Assembly: GCF_022045235.1 (NCBI RefSeq)
Contig: NW_027266265.1
Span: 14,136,001 to 14,200,000, forward strand
DNA length: 64,000 bases
Source: Haliotis cracherodii
Taxonomy: Eukaryota
Direction of reading: 5' to 3'
Below, one piece after another: positions 13,022 through 26,696 of the stretch. Position 1 is the first letter of the stretch. Each line of letters begins with the position of its first letter. Under the pieces are notes generated by a model that saw only the letters and a program-made list of their open reading frames with translations, did not search any database and had not been told where the DNA came from. The position numbers were made by a program, and so were the translations under genes.

Positions 13022-13150
13022 GTGTGACATGAGTGTGTCCCATGTCTGTCTGACATAAGTGTGTCCCCAGTCTGTCTGACATAAGTGTGTCCCCAGTCTG
13101 TCCGGTATAAGCGTATCTCAAGTCTGTCTGACATAAGTGTGTTCCCACTT
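13022..13150. repeat. 26-bp minisatellite, contracted to ~5 monomers (before unit 3)
   Basis: Same monomer. Confidence 0.9.
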
Positions 13151-13609
13151 GGGAACTTCTCCAAACCTATTCTACAGAATCGAGCAGCATATTTAGTACG
13201 GATCATCTGATGTCAGACAGCACGTTAACTCGAGATGAATGTCACGTCTATTACAACCTGGAGTGTTAGTTGAAACGCTAACGCACTAGAAGAGCTTCCT
13301 GTCAAATATTAAACCAGAAAAACTCAACAGTGAATATTTGATGACAAATGTTGACTGTGAACAACTTACTGACATATATTTGAAAGCTATGGATTTGTTT
13401 TGAATCAATACGGACTGTTGTGTGTAATATAACACAAACAATATGAGAAAAAGACACGGACATAATATTTTTACGACGGATCAAAGGCTTGCTCTGGTAT
13501 TCAGTGGAGAGTGCACCCAAACAAAAGGGACACAACTCCGCAGTGACTAATATCAGTCCAGTGTAACCATGATGTAATTTGTGGATGATAGCGATTCTTT
13601 TTCCAAGTG

Positions 13610-13781
13610 TGTAAGTGAGTGAGTGAGAATGGTTTTACGCAGCTTTTAGCAATATTCCAGCAATATCACGGCGGGGGTCACCAGAAATGAGCTTCTCACA
13701 TTGTACCCATGTGGGGAACAGAACCCGGGCCTTCGGCGTGACGAGCGAACGCTTTAACCACCAGGCTACCCCACCGCCCCA
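13610..13781 (-). mobile_element. SINE family A (unit 3 copy)
   Basis: Same position and TSD. Confidence 0.85.
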
Positions 13782-14455
13782 TTTTCCAAGTGTTTTGTTC
13801 ACTTGTGATCTTAACTGTTCCACCTCGAGTATCGAACCGTGAACTATACTATTATAAAATATGGACGCGTATTAGATGTGAGTGAAACACTAGGTTTTCT
13901 AAATATAAAGTAATTATGGAATTAAAGATGTATGCTGACGTCTTTGACTGCTTTGACAGGAGACTTAATCTGTGCGTCTTCAACACGCATAATTTGTTAT
14001 GTGTCGTGAAGAGACGGAGCCCAGCTTACATAAAGCTGTACCGAGCATGGTAAACACTGTCTGTGACGTCATAGACAGAAACAGTGGAAATGACGTCACA
14101 GAATGGTTCCATGACGACATTGATGGTTCCCACTCAGTCGCCGACACAACTTGGTGGTGTTCAGACGTACATCTATTGCTCCTGCAAAACTTCACATTTG
14201 TTGCTGATCTGTGTCTACTTGCACAAGTCTACACCTCATCTCAGTATTAGGTAAGCAATGTCAGTTTAACTCCTACAGTTGGTTTACTTTTACTGATAGC
14301 GTTTGTTTTCTAACCCTCGTTCACATCTATATTTCACGGCTCTGAAATTTGTTATCGGTAAATTACCTTTGTATTAAATGACACTCCGTCTCCAATGTAA
14401 TTACGGAACTCAAATAATTCCTAAATTCAAATGTGATTATTTTTTTGTCCCACAG

Positions 14456-15578
14456 ATGAAGATGTATCCACAAGAACGACTGAAGAGTAGGAAACTACTC
14501 TCCCCCATACTCGAGGCGAACGAGCGTCAGTCTAGCCCTCGTAGTCCAAGAACACCAGAACTGCATCAAGATTTACTTGGTAGGAGATCCTGAATTTATG
14601 ATACAAAACAAATTAAATGCAAGACATCATCACTTGATGTGTTTGTTTGAAGCAATTACAGTTACATTCCAAGTATGTCTTTATATAACAGTGGAATCGA
14701 GTCGGGTGTTTGTACTTTTGTTTTTGTTTTCGTTTCCAGTTCAGTACATGGACCTGAAATCTCAAGTCGGAGATTTGGAGGAAAGGTAGGCACAGTCTCG
14801 TTTAATATTCATGAACGTTCGTCTAAAATATACAAAAAGGAAAAACAAGAAATGTGCATCTCATTCAAATATCATAGATAAAATTACTTTGAGAAACGAT
14901 ATCTTCTAAACTATCGACATATCTTTTTTCAGTCTTCTCGATCACCTTTTCAATGAAAATCAGAAGCTGAGAGAGGAGAACGAGCGACAGGCCCGACAAC
15001 TCCGGGAGGACAACGCCTTAAGGCTGAAAGTTGAGTCGGAGAGACAGGACTATAGGCTGGAGTATTACAACTATCGTCTCAGTTACACAATGGCGCAGGC
15101 TGAGCTCCAGGAACTGAAGCAGACGCTAGAGGCACTGGCGGGGGACTGGGAGAAGGAGAAACAGACAGAGATGGAGCAGAGGAAGAAGCTGGAGGAAGAG
15201 CTGGCAGCTCTCCAGCGCCAGACTGCCCCTCTGACCTGTCACACTCCTACCAATAAGCGGACCAGTTCCTCCAGCGTCAGTCCTCCAGTTCAACCAAGGA
15301 AGGCTCGAAGACCTTACACAGGAAAGTCAAAGGACAAGGTTCCAAGCAAGATCTCACATGTCAAAACAGACTTCTCTGCTTCCGGTGACAATTTGGTGAA
15401 GGCCAAGGCCACAGATATAAATGAAACCAAGTTGAAGGTCACTCCTGGTGTAAGATCCATTCTGAAAGACACCAAGAGGGGACAGGATGCTGAAAAGAAG
15501 CCAACCCGGTCCTCCAGGAACCTTTCTGTTAGATTCACAAAGGAAATGCCAGTTGGGAAGATCCGTCACGAAATGTAA
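14456..15578 (+). CDS. Array gene copy 3 (exons 14456-14579, 14740-14785, 14933-15578)
   Basis: Coding region appears identical to copy 2 at a 6675-bp offset. Confidence 0.85.
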
Positions 15579-16216
15579 TTACGACCCTCCCCACAAGGAA
15601 CAAACTTTATAAACTGTTTAATTGTTGGTTCTTTAATTCATATTGATTTCACACTCTTGTAATTCCGTGTGTAAAATAATCGCTGATTATCTTGTGCATG
15701 TGTCAGTGTTTCTCTGTTAACATCTGAGTAATATATCACGTTACTGAAGAAACTGCTTTGTGTTTGTATTTACAACCTCATCAATTATGTGGGAAGTCAA
15801 TGATCACCTCTTAACTCTGACCAGGATGATGCATGTCCGTCATGCCCCAAAGTCGTGGGTCGATGCTCACACTTTCTACCACTGGTTTGCCTGCTCCTGT
15901 GCACACACTGTCACGCTTCGCGAATAGATCACGATAGATCGGTATGGGGCGTTAAATTAGTTTGAAATTAACCTTAAATTTAATCTATGCATGGAGAAAA
16001 TTGAATGTGTCTATATTCGCTATACAGAAATTTGTAAAAGAGATATGAAATGTCTTGTTGAAAGTTGATAAATAAATCAAATACTTTCCTATTTGCCTTT
16101 AGGTTAATATCGAACCCTGATGCTAAATAGTCATATTTATTACCCACATGGTGAAGATACAGGACTACTTTTTTCATTCATAAGATTTTGCGAGACGTCA
16201 TTCATTTTGGGTTTAG

Positions 16217-16397
16217 TGAGTGAGTGAGTGAGTGAGTGAGTGAGTTTGAGTTTACGCCGCTTTTAGCAATGTTCCAGCAATATTACGGCGGGGGACACCA
16301 GAAATGGGCTTCACACATTGTACCCATGTTGGGATTCGAACCCGAGTCTTCGGCGTGACGAGCGAACGCTTTAACCACTAGGCTACCCGACCGCCCC
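16217..16397 (-). mobile_element. SINE family A (duplicate of 9542-9722)
   Basis: 6675-bp offset copy. Confidence 0.85.
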
Positions 16398-17237
16398 TTT
16401 TGTGTTTAGAATACAGTACCACAGCTTCTTGTGAAGACGATCGCTGCCGTATGTCACGTGTCTCAAAGACAAGCAACTAGTTTTAAAGAACTCGCGACCT
16501 TCGTATTGTTAGCCCGATAGCGAACCGACTGAGCAACGTCCACAAGTGAAACTTGTGCAAATTTACCTTGTCATGAATACGCCGTTACGGAACTGAACGA
16601 ACATTTTTAGATGCAAGATATGTAAAATCAAAAATTATTTCTGGGGGATTCTTTGACGAAGAACTTGAAATCATACGCGCATTCTGATTGGTTTGTTGTA
16701 TTTTCGCACATAACATTCATCGATAGAGTCTTCTTGGAGGTTACGGAAAGGGGCGAGTGGTGACGAATGTCGTGACTGTAGTCTACGGACACCTACGAGT
16801 GATCCCGATGCCATTTGGCACACTCGTCCCATTCCGTAATCTACAAGATACTGAGTGGTGAGGAATGAGCCGATATGGCGAGAACTCAAAACGGCTCTTG
16901 GCGTCAAACGTCAGACGTCGAACCTGCGGTTACGCATGAATGACATGGATTTTAATCAATCGTCGGGTGATTTTTGTGACAGAAAAGTGTGGTAGAGAAT
17001 ACTGTAAGGACAATGTGGATAATTGTTAGGAACGAGGGAGGCATAAGCATGGCTAGTGACGACACAAGGGTGAGTTCGCTTTTAAATCAGTACTTAATAA
17101 ATGTAGCGTGTATACAGTTTCCAGTAGCCAAAATATTCGACAGAAAACCATTTCATCTTTTTTTCTCGACGTTTTTGTGTGAAGAATATTAGGAGCATCT
17201 ATAGAATCAACAATAGCCACTAAACGGGTACCGGAGC

Positions 17238-18441
17238 ACCTTTAGAATACAGTACCACAACTTCTCGTGAGGACGATCTCTGCCGAAAGTCACATGTCTC
17301 AAAGACAAGCAACTAGTTTTTGTGAGAATCCGTCGGACGCGAACCCGCGACCTTCCGATTGTTAGCCCGACAGTTTACCGTCTGAGCTACGTCCACAAGC
17401 AACCAGTTTTTGTGAGAATCCGTCGGACGCGAACCCGCGACCTTCGGATTGTTAGCTCGCCACTGAGCTGCGTCCCCACTGTGAAACAAAGTGCAAATTG
17501 ACCTAGTCATGCCCATGACGTTACGGAACTGAACGAAAAGGGTCGAATAGGTGACGGACACTTACGAAGTTTACGGGTAGGCATGGTGTCTCGTGACTTT
17601 AGTCTACGGACACTTACGAATGATACCGATGCCATTTGGCACACTCGTCCCATTCCGTAATCTACAAGATACCGTGTGGTGATGAATGAGCCGATATGGC
17701 GCGAACTGAAAACGGCTCCAGGTGATTTTTGTGACAGAAAAGTGTTGTGGGGAACACTGTAAGGATGAACGACGGAGGCACCCTGGCTTGTGTGAATGTT
17801 CCAGGACAGTTTCCAGTAGCCAAAATAGTCGACACAAAACCATTGCATCCTTTATACTCGACGTTTTTGTGTGAAGAATATAAGGAGCCTCTATAGAATC
17901 TATAACAGCCACTAAACGATTACCTAACCCTAATGTTTGTAAAGGGGATCCAAGGGCTAAGGATAGAGATCGGGGTAACCTACCCTAACACTGGCGACAT
18001 TTGGATGTGTTCAGCGATATCCCTTATAATCTGCATTCTTGTGCATAATAATGAAAATTAATGAACCGGAAAAATAATATATGTATATTAGTTCCCATTT
18101 ATAACCATTTTTAGCTGCTTGAATTACGAGAAATACGAAATAAAAAATATATAAAAAATAAAAGTGCTTTCGTAAACTAGCGCTTGTTCTAAAATACGCC
18201 GCCGCAGGCTAAATATAGCAACATATATGTTTATATAGCATATAAACAAATATTCAAAACTCTCAACACCGCTGGGCGTATTCAATGACATTGCGTGTAG
18301 AGATGATAGATCACTGGGAGGAGCTTATGCACACTCATTGAACCCTGACGTCGCCGGTGTGACTGGCAACAAAATACTACAAATTACGTAATAGGGTATT
18401 GTCACGTGTTTGAAAAGTTTGTGGTACTGTATTCTAAAGGT
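17238..18441. mobile_element. Duplicate of the inverted-repeat element at 10563-11766
   Basis: 6675-bp offset copy. Confidence 0.6.
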
Positions 18442-19696
18442 AGGGTCCCCATGAGCGTGACGCACCCGACCACTTTCGCAACTTTCAATTTGATTAACGT
18501 AAAGGGATAAGCGTGGTGAAGTGAGTCGGTTTAAACAATCTGGGCAGATATTTAGACTTACTTGGGATGTTCCGGTTGTGCCATCAGTGTCCCCTTCGAA
18601 GCGTATTTAGTGGCACTGTTTCGGGAGTTGTTTGTTCACGACTGTACGACCAGATCACTCAAAGTGAACATTTCCCATACAAATCATTCGAAAACTCCAC
18701 TGAAGTGTGCCTAAATATCTGATTATGTGGCCCAAAATATCCCAAATGTGAACAATAACATTCCCCATCTCCAGCGTAAAACGCAGTGAGTAGATCACGG
18801 TTGTCTTTTCTTATTCCGGTGGTGACCTTGCCCTTCGTTCGAAGCTGTCACTGACATGCAAGCAGACCCGAGTTTGTTGATTCTCACGTCTTCAGTTATA
18901 GGGTGGTACAGTTAACATGAATGTCTTTGGCGAACACTCTGATTTCCCTCTTCCAAAATGGTTCGGACATGATATAAATTCAGCTGATCATTTTGAATGC
19001 ACAGACGGGACCCCGGCAGTGCGAGTGACCGACCCTTGGTCCGATATTCAAAGCGCGGCGCTAATGTGACATTTCAAATTTTCTTATAAAGGTTTCCTGC
19101 GTACTAACGACATGACTCTTGAACCTTAAGTTGAAGAAATTCTTCCAAAAGGATCTTGAGTGTCGGTGCTGATTTGTTTGCAAATACAACTGCAGGCGCA
19201 TGTTGTTAATGCGTATACATAGAAATGTCAACATTGCCCATATATTGGGCATATATCAATATTCATGCGCAACCAGATTTTGCAACCGGTTTCAGTTTAT
19301 TCTGTCAATGAACGAAAGTTGTTATGTATTTACACTTAAATATATATTCAACGTGGATCAGATACCATAGAAAGTCCATTCGTTTCGTTAAAATGGTATC
19401 TAACGAGAATGAGTGTAGTATTCTCTATATATTTCTTCTTACCGAGTAATTAGCTCCAGGAAGCAATACGTTACATGTTCAATGAGAAAGAATAAACCCT
19501 GACACAAGGTAGGTAACTCTGTACCTCTTGTGCCGGTCATGCGTGGCTCTATTTCGGGCACAATGCAAAGAAGGGACATGAAATGTTGGAAACAGTATTT
19601 CGTTTCCCAAATTTCTTCTCCTTTTCCCCTCAAAATAGCATGATATTCTCTCGGACTAATACGTTGGTTTCTACATAAATAGAAAATAATATATTA

Positions 19697-19825
19697 GTGT
19701 GACATGAGTGTGTCCCATGTCTGTCTGACATAAGTGTGTCCCCAGTCTGTCTGACATAAGTGTGTCCCCAGTCTGTCCGGTATAAGCGTATCTCAAGTCT
19801 GTCTGACATAAGTGTGTTCCCACTT
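19697..19825. repeat. 26-bp minisatellite, contracted (before unit 4)
   Basis: Copy of 13022-13150. Confidence 0.9.
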
Positions 19826-20280
19826 GGGAACTTCTCCAAACCTATTCTACAGAATCGAGCAGCATATTTAGTACGGATCATCTGATGTCAGACAGCACGT
19901 TAACTCGAGATGAATGTCACGTCTATTACAACCTGGAGTGTTAGTTGAAACGCTAACGCACTAGAAGAGCTTCCTGTCAAATATTAAACCAGAAAAACTC
20001 AACAGTGAATATTTGATGACAAATGTTGACTGTGAACAACTTACTGACATATATTTGAAAGCTATGGATTTGTTTTGAATCAATACGGACTGTTGTGTGT
20101 AATATAACACAAACAATATGAGAAAAAGACACGGACATAATATTTTTACGACGGATCAAAGGCTCTGGTATTCAGTGGAGAGTGCACCCAAACAAAAGGG
20201 ACACAACTCCGCAGTGACTAATATCAGTCCAGTGTAACCATGATGTAATTTGTGGATGATAGCGATTCTTTTTCCAAGTG

Positions 20281-20452
20281 TGTAAGTGAGTGAGTGAGAA
20301 TGGTTTTACGCAGCTTTTAGCAATATTCCAGCAATATCACGGCGGGGGTAACCAGAAATGAGCTTCTCACATTGTACCCATGTGGGGAACAGAACCCGGG
20401 CCTTCGGCGTGACGAGCGAACGCTTTAACCACCAGGCTACCCCACCGCCCCA
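20281..20452 (-). mobile_element. SINE family A (unit 4 copy)
   Basis: Same position and TSD. Confidence 0.85.
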
Positions 20453-21283
20453 TTTTCCAAGTGTTTTGTTCACTTGTGATCTTAACTGTTCCACCTCGAG
20501 TATCGAACCGTGAACTATACTATTATAAAATATGGACGCGTATTAGATGTGAGTGAAACACTAGGTTTTCTAAATATAAAGTAATTATGGAATTAAAGAT
20601 GTATGCTGACGTCTTTGACTGCTTTGACAGGAGACTTAATCTGTGCGTCTTCAACACGCATAATTTGTTATGTGTCGTGAAGAGACGGAGCCCAGCTTAC
20701 ATAAAGCTGTACCGAGCATGGTAAACACTGTCTGTGACGTCATAGACAGAAACAGTGGAAATGACGTCACAGAATGGTTCCATGACGACATTGATGGTTC
20801 CCACTCAGTCGCCGACACAACTTGGTGGTGTTCAGACGTACATCTGTTGCTGGCAACTTGCTGCTGCAAAACTTCACGTTTGTTTGCTGGTCTGTGTCTA
20901 CTTGCACAAGTCTACACCTCATCTCAGTATTAGGTAAGAAATGTAAGTTTAACTCCTACAGTTGGTTTACTTTTACTGATAGCCTTTGTTTGCTAACCCT
21001 CGTTCACATCTATATTCACTTGTCTGAAAGTCTTTATCAGTAAATTACTTTTGTATTCATTAACACACAGTCTCCAATGTAATTACGGAACTCAAATGTT
21101 TCTGTCTTTTTCTGATAGATTTTCACGCACATATGTAACGTGTAGATTGAATCACTTTGCCTATTTGTCTGATGTTTTAGTTATTGTTTTGTCCATAAAC
21201 TAGTTCTATTTGGATCAAATCTCAGTCTGCAATGTAAATGCTCCAATTCCTAAATTCATATTAGATGTATTTTTATCCCACAG

Positions 21284-22580
21284 ATGAAGATGTATCCACA
21301 AGAACGACTGAAGAGTCGGAAACTACTCTCCCCCATACTCGAGGCGGACGAGCGTCACTCTGACCCACGAAGTTCAAGAACGCCAGAACTGCATCAAGAT
21401 TTACTTGGTAGGAGATCCTGAATTTAAATACAAAACAAATTAAATGCAAGATATCATTACTTGATGTGTTTGTTTGAAGAAAATACAGTTACATTCCGAG
21501 TATGTTTTAGTCTTTATATAACAGTAGAATCGAGTCGGGTGTTTGTACTTTTGTTTTTGTTTTCGTTTCCAGTTCAGTACATGGACCTGAAATCTCAAGT
21601 CGGAGATTTGGAGGAAAGGTAGGCACAGTCTCGTTTAATATTCATGAACGTCCGTTTGGTGTGATAAGTCATAGAAATGAACATTTTAGTTTAATCTAGA
21701 ACCGACACAATCTTATTCTCTGTCAGTCATGAGACTTAATCGTAGCACATCTACCGTTACATTGTAGACCACGTGATGCCCATCCCTGATGCACACTGCC
21801 ATGCAGGTGCAATGTGTCTAATGTTGGCGTACAACATACAAAATAGAAAAATAAGAAATGTACACCTCATTTAAATATTGACAAAATGACTTTGAGAAAC
21901 GATATCTTCTAAACTATCGACATGTCTTTTTCAGTCTTCTCGATCACCTTTTCAATGAGAACCAGAAGCTGAGAGAGGAGAACGAGCGACAGGCTCGACA
22001 ACTGCGGGAGGAGAACGCCTTAAGGCTGAAAGTTGAGTCGGAGAGACAGGACTATAGGCTGGAGTATTACAACTATCGTCTCAGTTACACAATGGCGCAG
22101 GCTGAGCTCCAGGAACTGAAGCAGACGCTAGAGGGACTGGCGGGGGACTGGGAGAAGGAGAAGCAGACAGAGATGGACCAGAAGAAGAAGCTGGAGGCAG
22201 ATCTGGTAGCTCTCCAGCGCCAGACTGCCCCTCTGACCTGTCACACTCCTGCCAATAAGCGGACCAGTTCCTCCAGCGTCAGTCCTCCAGTTCAACCAAG
22301 GAAGGCTCGAAGACCTTACACAGGAAAGTCAAAGGACAAAGTTCCAAGCAGGATCTCACATGTGAAGACAGACTTCTCTGCTTCCGGTGACAACTTGGTG
22401 AAGGCCAAGGCCACATATAAGAATGAAAGCAAGTTGAAGGTCACTTCCAGTGTTAGATCCATTCTGAAAGACACAAAGAGAGGACAGGATGCTGAAAAGA
22501 AGCCAACCCGATCCTCCAGGAACCTTTCTGTTAGATTCACAAAGGAAATGCCAGTTGGAAAGATCCGTCACGAAATGTAA
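21284..22580 (+). CDS. Array gene copy 4, most divergent, with longer introns (exons 21284-21407, 21573-21618, 21935-22580)
   Basis: Same exon sizes and splice sites; open frame; last intron 316 nt vs 146 nt in copy 1. Confidence 0.85.
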
Positions 22581-23935
22581 TTACGACCCTCGCCACAAGG
22601 AACAAACTTTATAAACAGTTTAATTGTTGGTTCTTTAATTCATATTGATTTCACACTCTTGTAATTCCGTGTGTAAAATAATCGCTGCTTATGGCGTGCA
22701 TGTGTCATTGTTTCTCTGTTAACGTCTGGGTAATATATCACGTTACTGAAGAAACTGCCTTGTGTTTGTATTTACAACCTCATCAATTATGTTGGAAGTC
22801 AGTGATCACCTCTCAACTCTGATCAGGATGATGCATGACCGTCGTGCCCCAAAGTCGTGGGTCGATGCTCACACTTTCTACCACTGGTTTGCCTGCTCCC
22901 ATGCACACACTGTCACGCTACGCGTCACGATACTAAATCCGTACGTCACACGTGTTTCGCATTCGTGACTAAATGTCACGCTTCGCGGGAATAGATCACG
23001 ATAGATGAAAGTTGATGAAGAAAACAAATACTTTCATATTTACCTTTAGGTTTATATCGAACACTAAAACTAAAAGGTCATTTATATTTCTTCTTACCGG
23101 GTAATTAGCTTCAGGACGCAATTCGTTACATGTTCAATGAGTGAGTATACACCTTGACACAAGGTAGACAACTCTGTTCCCCTTATTTCGTGGAGGGACA
23201 TGAAATATTGGAAACATGATTTCGTTCCCCAAATTTCTTCTTTCTTTCCTTCAAAATAGCACGACATTCCCTCGGATTAACATTTGTTCGGCGGGAACAT
23301 AGAACCAGTTTTTTTTTCTACATAAATAGAAAATAATATATGAGATATTATACACTGTGTCGTAATAACTATATTAATGGTCATGAAATCATTTTGAAAT
23401 GGATTAATAAGTCCCCATTTAGTTACTGACATGGGTGTATGGAGTGAAGAATACCGAGTCCGTCATTGACCCTTTGAACCTTCACCCGCCTTTGTGACCG
23501 ATGTTTGTTAACCAGTTTTCATACATGCGCATATGGCATGCATATCTACGTTATAGATATCTTTGCAAATGTAGCGTATACACGTAATTTTACAAGGATA
23601 TGCCCAGTGCAGCTATATCTCGAGACACGCGAGTGTGCCGCCACTCTGTCTGAGGTAATGTGCCACTGTACTGTGCCTCCAATCTGTATAAATATAGTGT
23701 GCCCCCACCTGTCTATAGTAATTGTGCCCCCAGTTTGTCTGACGTAATGTGCACAAGTCCAGTTTTTCTATATGACCACTTTGAAGGAATATTTACGCTT
23801 CGCATATCGGTTCAAATGCAGCGTAAAAACGTATTTTTTCATTTATCTATCGTATATAAAAATATCCCAAGAAACACCAGCGTGTTATAATTCTGTCTGA
23901 CGTAATGTGCAGCCAGTTTCTCTGAATTAAATGCG

Positions 23936-24256
23936 CCCGACAGTCTGTCTGCCATAAGTGTTTCTCCAGACTGTCTGACATAAGCGTGTCCCCAGTCTAT
24001 CTGACATAAGTGTGTCCCCAGTCAGTCTGACATAAGCGTGTCCCAGTCTGTCTGACATAAGCGTGTCCCCAGTTTGTCTGACATAAGTGTGTCCCCAGTC
24101 TGTCTGCCATAAGTGTGTCCCCAGTCTCTCTGCCATAAGTGTGTCCCCAGTCTGTCTGCCATAAGCGTGTCCCCAGTTTGTCTGACATAAGTGTGTCCCC
24201 AGTCTGTCTGACATAAGCGTGTCCCCAGTCTGTCTGACATAAGTGTGTCCCCAGTT
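23936..24256. repeat. 26-bp minisatellite block before unit 5
   Basis: Same monomer. Confidence 0.95.
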
Positions 24257-24721
24257 GGGAACTTCTCCAAACCTATTATACAGAATCGAGCAGCATCTTT
24301 AGAATGGATCATCTTGTGTCAGACAGCACGTTAACTCGAGATGAATGTCACGTCTATTACAACCTGGAGTGTTAGTTAAAACGTTAACGTACTAGAAGAG
24401 CTTCCTGCCAACTATTACACCAGAAACTCAACAGTGAATATTTGATGACAAATGTTGACTGTGAACAACTTACTGACATATATTTGAAAGCTATGGATTT
24501 GTTTTGAATCAATACGGACTGTTGTGTGTAATAGAACACAAACAATATGAGAAAAAGACACGGACATAATATTTTTACGACGAATCACAGGCTTGCTCTG
24601 GTATTCAGTGGAGAGTGCATCCAAACAAAAGGGACACAACTCCGCAGTGACTAATTTCAGTCCAGTGTAACCCTGCAGTCATGATGGAATTTGTGGATGA
24701 TAGCGATTCTTTTTCCAAGTG

Positions 24722-24893
24722 CGTAAGTGAGTGAGTGAGTATGGTTTTACGCAGCATTTAGCAATATTCTAGCAATATCACGGCGGGGGACACCAGAAAT
24801 GAGCTTCACACATTGTACCCATGTCGGGAATGGAACCCGGGTCTTCAGCGTGACGAGCGAACGCTTTAACCACCAGGCTACCCCGCCGTCCCA
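24722..24893 (-). mobile_element. SINE family A (unit 5 copy)
   Basis: Same position and TSD. Confidence 0.85.
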
Positions 24894-25572
24894 TTTTCCA
24901 AGTGTTTTATTCACTTGTGATCTTAACTGTTCCACCTCGAGTTTCAAACTGTGAAATATATATATGTATTATGAAATATCGACGCGTGTTAGGTGTGAGT
25001 GGAGCGCTTGGTTTTCTTAATGTAAAGTAATCATGGAATTAAAGATGCACCCTGACGTCTTTTACAGCTTTGACAGGAGACTTAATCTGTGCGTCTTCAA
25101 CACGCATAATTTGTTATGTGTCGTGAAGAGACGGAGCCCTGCTTACATAAAGCCGTATCGTGCATGGTGAACACTGTCAGTGACGTCATAGACAGAAACA
25201 GTGGAAATGACGTCACAGAATGGTTCCATGACGACGTTGATGGTTCCCAAATCAGTCGCCGACACAACTTGGTGGTGTTCAGACGTGTATCTGTTGCTGT
25301 TGCAAAACTTCACATTTGTTGCTGGTCTGTGTCTACTTGCACAAGTCTACACCTCATCTCAGTATTAGGTAAGCCATGCCAGTCTAACTCCTACAGTTGG
25401 TTTACTTTTACTGATAGCGTTTGTTTCCTAACCCTCGTTCACATCTATATTTCACGGCTCTGAAATTCTTTATCAATAAATTACCTTTGTATTAAATGAC
25501 ACTCCGTCTCCAATGTAATTACGGAACTCAAATAATTCCTAAATTCAAATGTGATTATGTTTTGTCCCACAG

Positions 25573-26696
25573 ATGAAGATGTATCCACAAGAACGACTGA
25601 AGAGTAGGAAACTACTCTCCCCCATACTCGAGGCGAACGAGCGTCAGTCTAACCCTCGTAGTCCAAGAACGCAAGAACTGCATCAAGATTTACTTGGTAG
25701 GAGATCCTGAATTTATGATACAAAACAAATTAAATGCAAGACATCATCACTTGATGTGTTTGTTTGAAGCAATTACAGTTACATTCCAAGTATTTCTTTA
25801 TATTACAGTTGAATCGAGTCGGGTGTTTGTACTTTTGTTTTTGTTTTCGTTTCCAGTTCAGTATATGGACCTGAAATCTCAAGTCGGAGATTTGGAGGAA
25901 AGGTAGGCACAGTCTCGTTTAATATTCATGAACGTTCGTCTAAAATATACAAAAAGGAAAAACAAGAAATACTGCATCTCATTCAAATATCATAGATAAA
26001 ATGACTTTGAGAAACGATATTTTCTAAACTATCGACATATCTTTTTTCAGTCTTCTCGATCACCTTTTCAATGAGAATCAGAAGCTGAGAGAGGAGAACG
26101 AGCGACAGGCCCGACAACTCCGGGAGGAGAACGCCTTAAGGCTGAAAGTTGAGGCGGAGAGGCAGGACTATAGGCTGGAGTATTACAACTATCGTCTCAG
26201 TTACACAATGGCACAGGCCGAGCTCCAGGAACTGAAGCAGACGCTAGAGGGACTGGCGGGCGACTGGGAGAAGGAGAAGCAGACAGAGATGGAGCAGAGG
26301 AAGAAGCTGGAGGAAGAGCTGACAGCTCTCCAGCGCCAGACTGCCCCTCTGACCTGTCATACTCCTGCCAATAAGCGGACCAGTTCCTCCAGCGTCGGTC
26401 CTCCAATTCAACCAAGGAAGGCTCGAAGACCTTACACAGGAAAGTCAAAGGACAAAGTTCAAAGCAAGATCTCACATGTCAAGACATACTTGTCTGCTTC
26501 CGGTGACAGCTTGGTGAAGGCCAAGGCCACAGATAAGAATGAAAGCAAGTTGAAGGTCACTTCCAGTGTAAGATCCATTCTGAAAGACAGCGAGAGAGGA
26601 CAGGTTGCTGAAAAAAACCCAACGCGATCTTCAAGGAACCTTTCTGTGAGATTCACAAAGGAAATGCCAGTTGGAAAGACCCGTCACGAAATGTAA
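25573..26696 (+). CDS. Array gene copy 5 (exons 25573-25696, 25857-25902, 26051-26696)
   Basis: Same exon structure; open frame. Confidence 0.85.
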
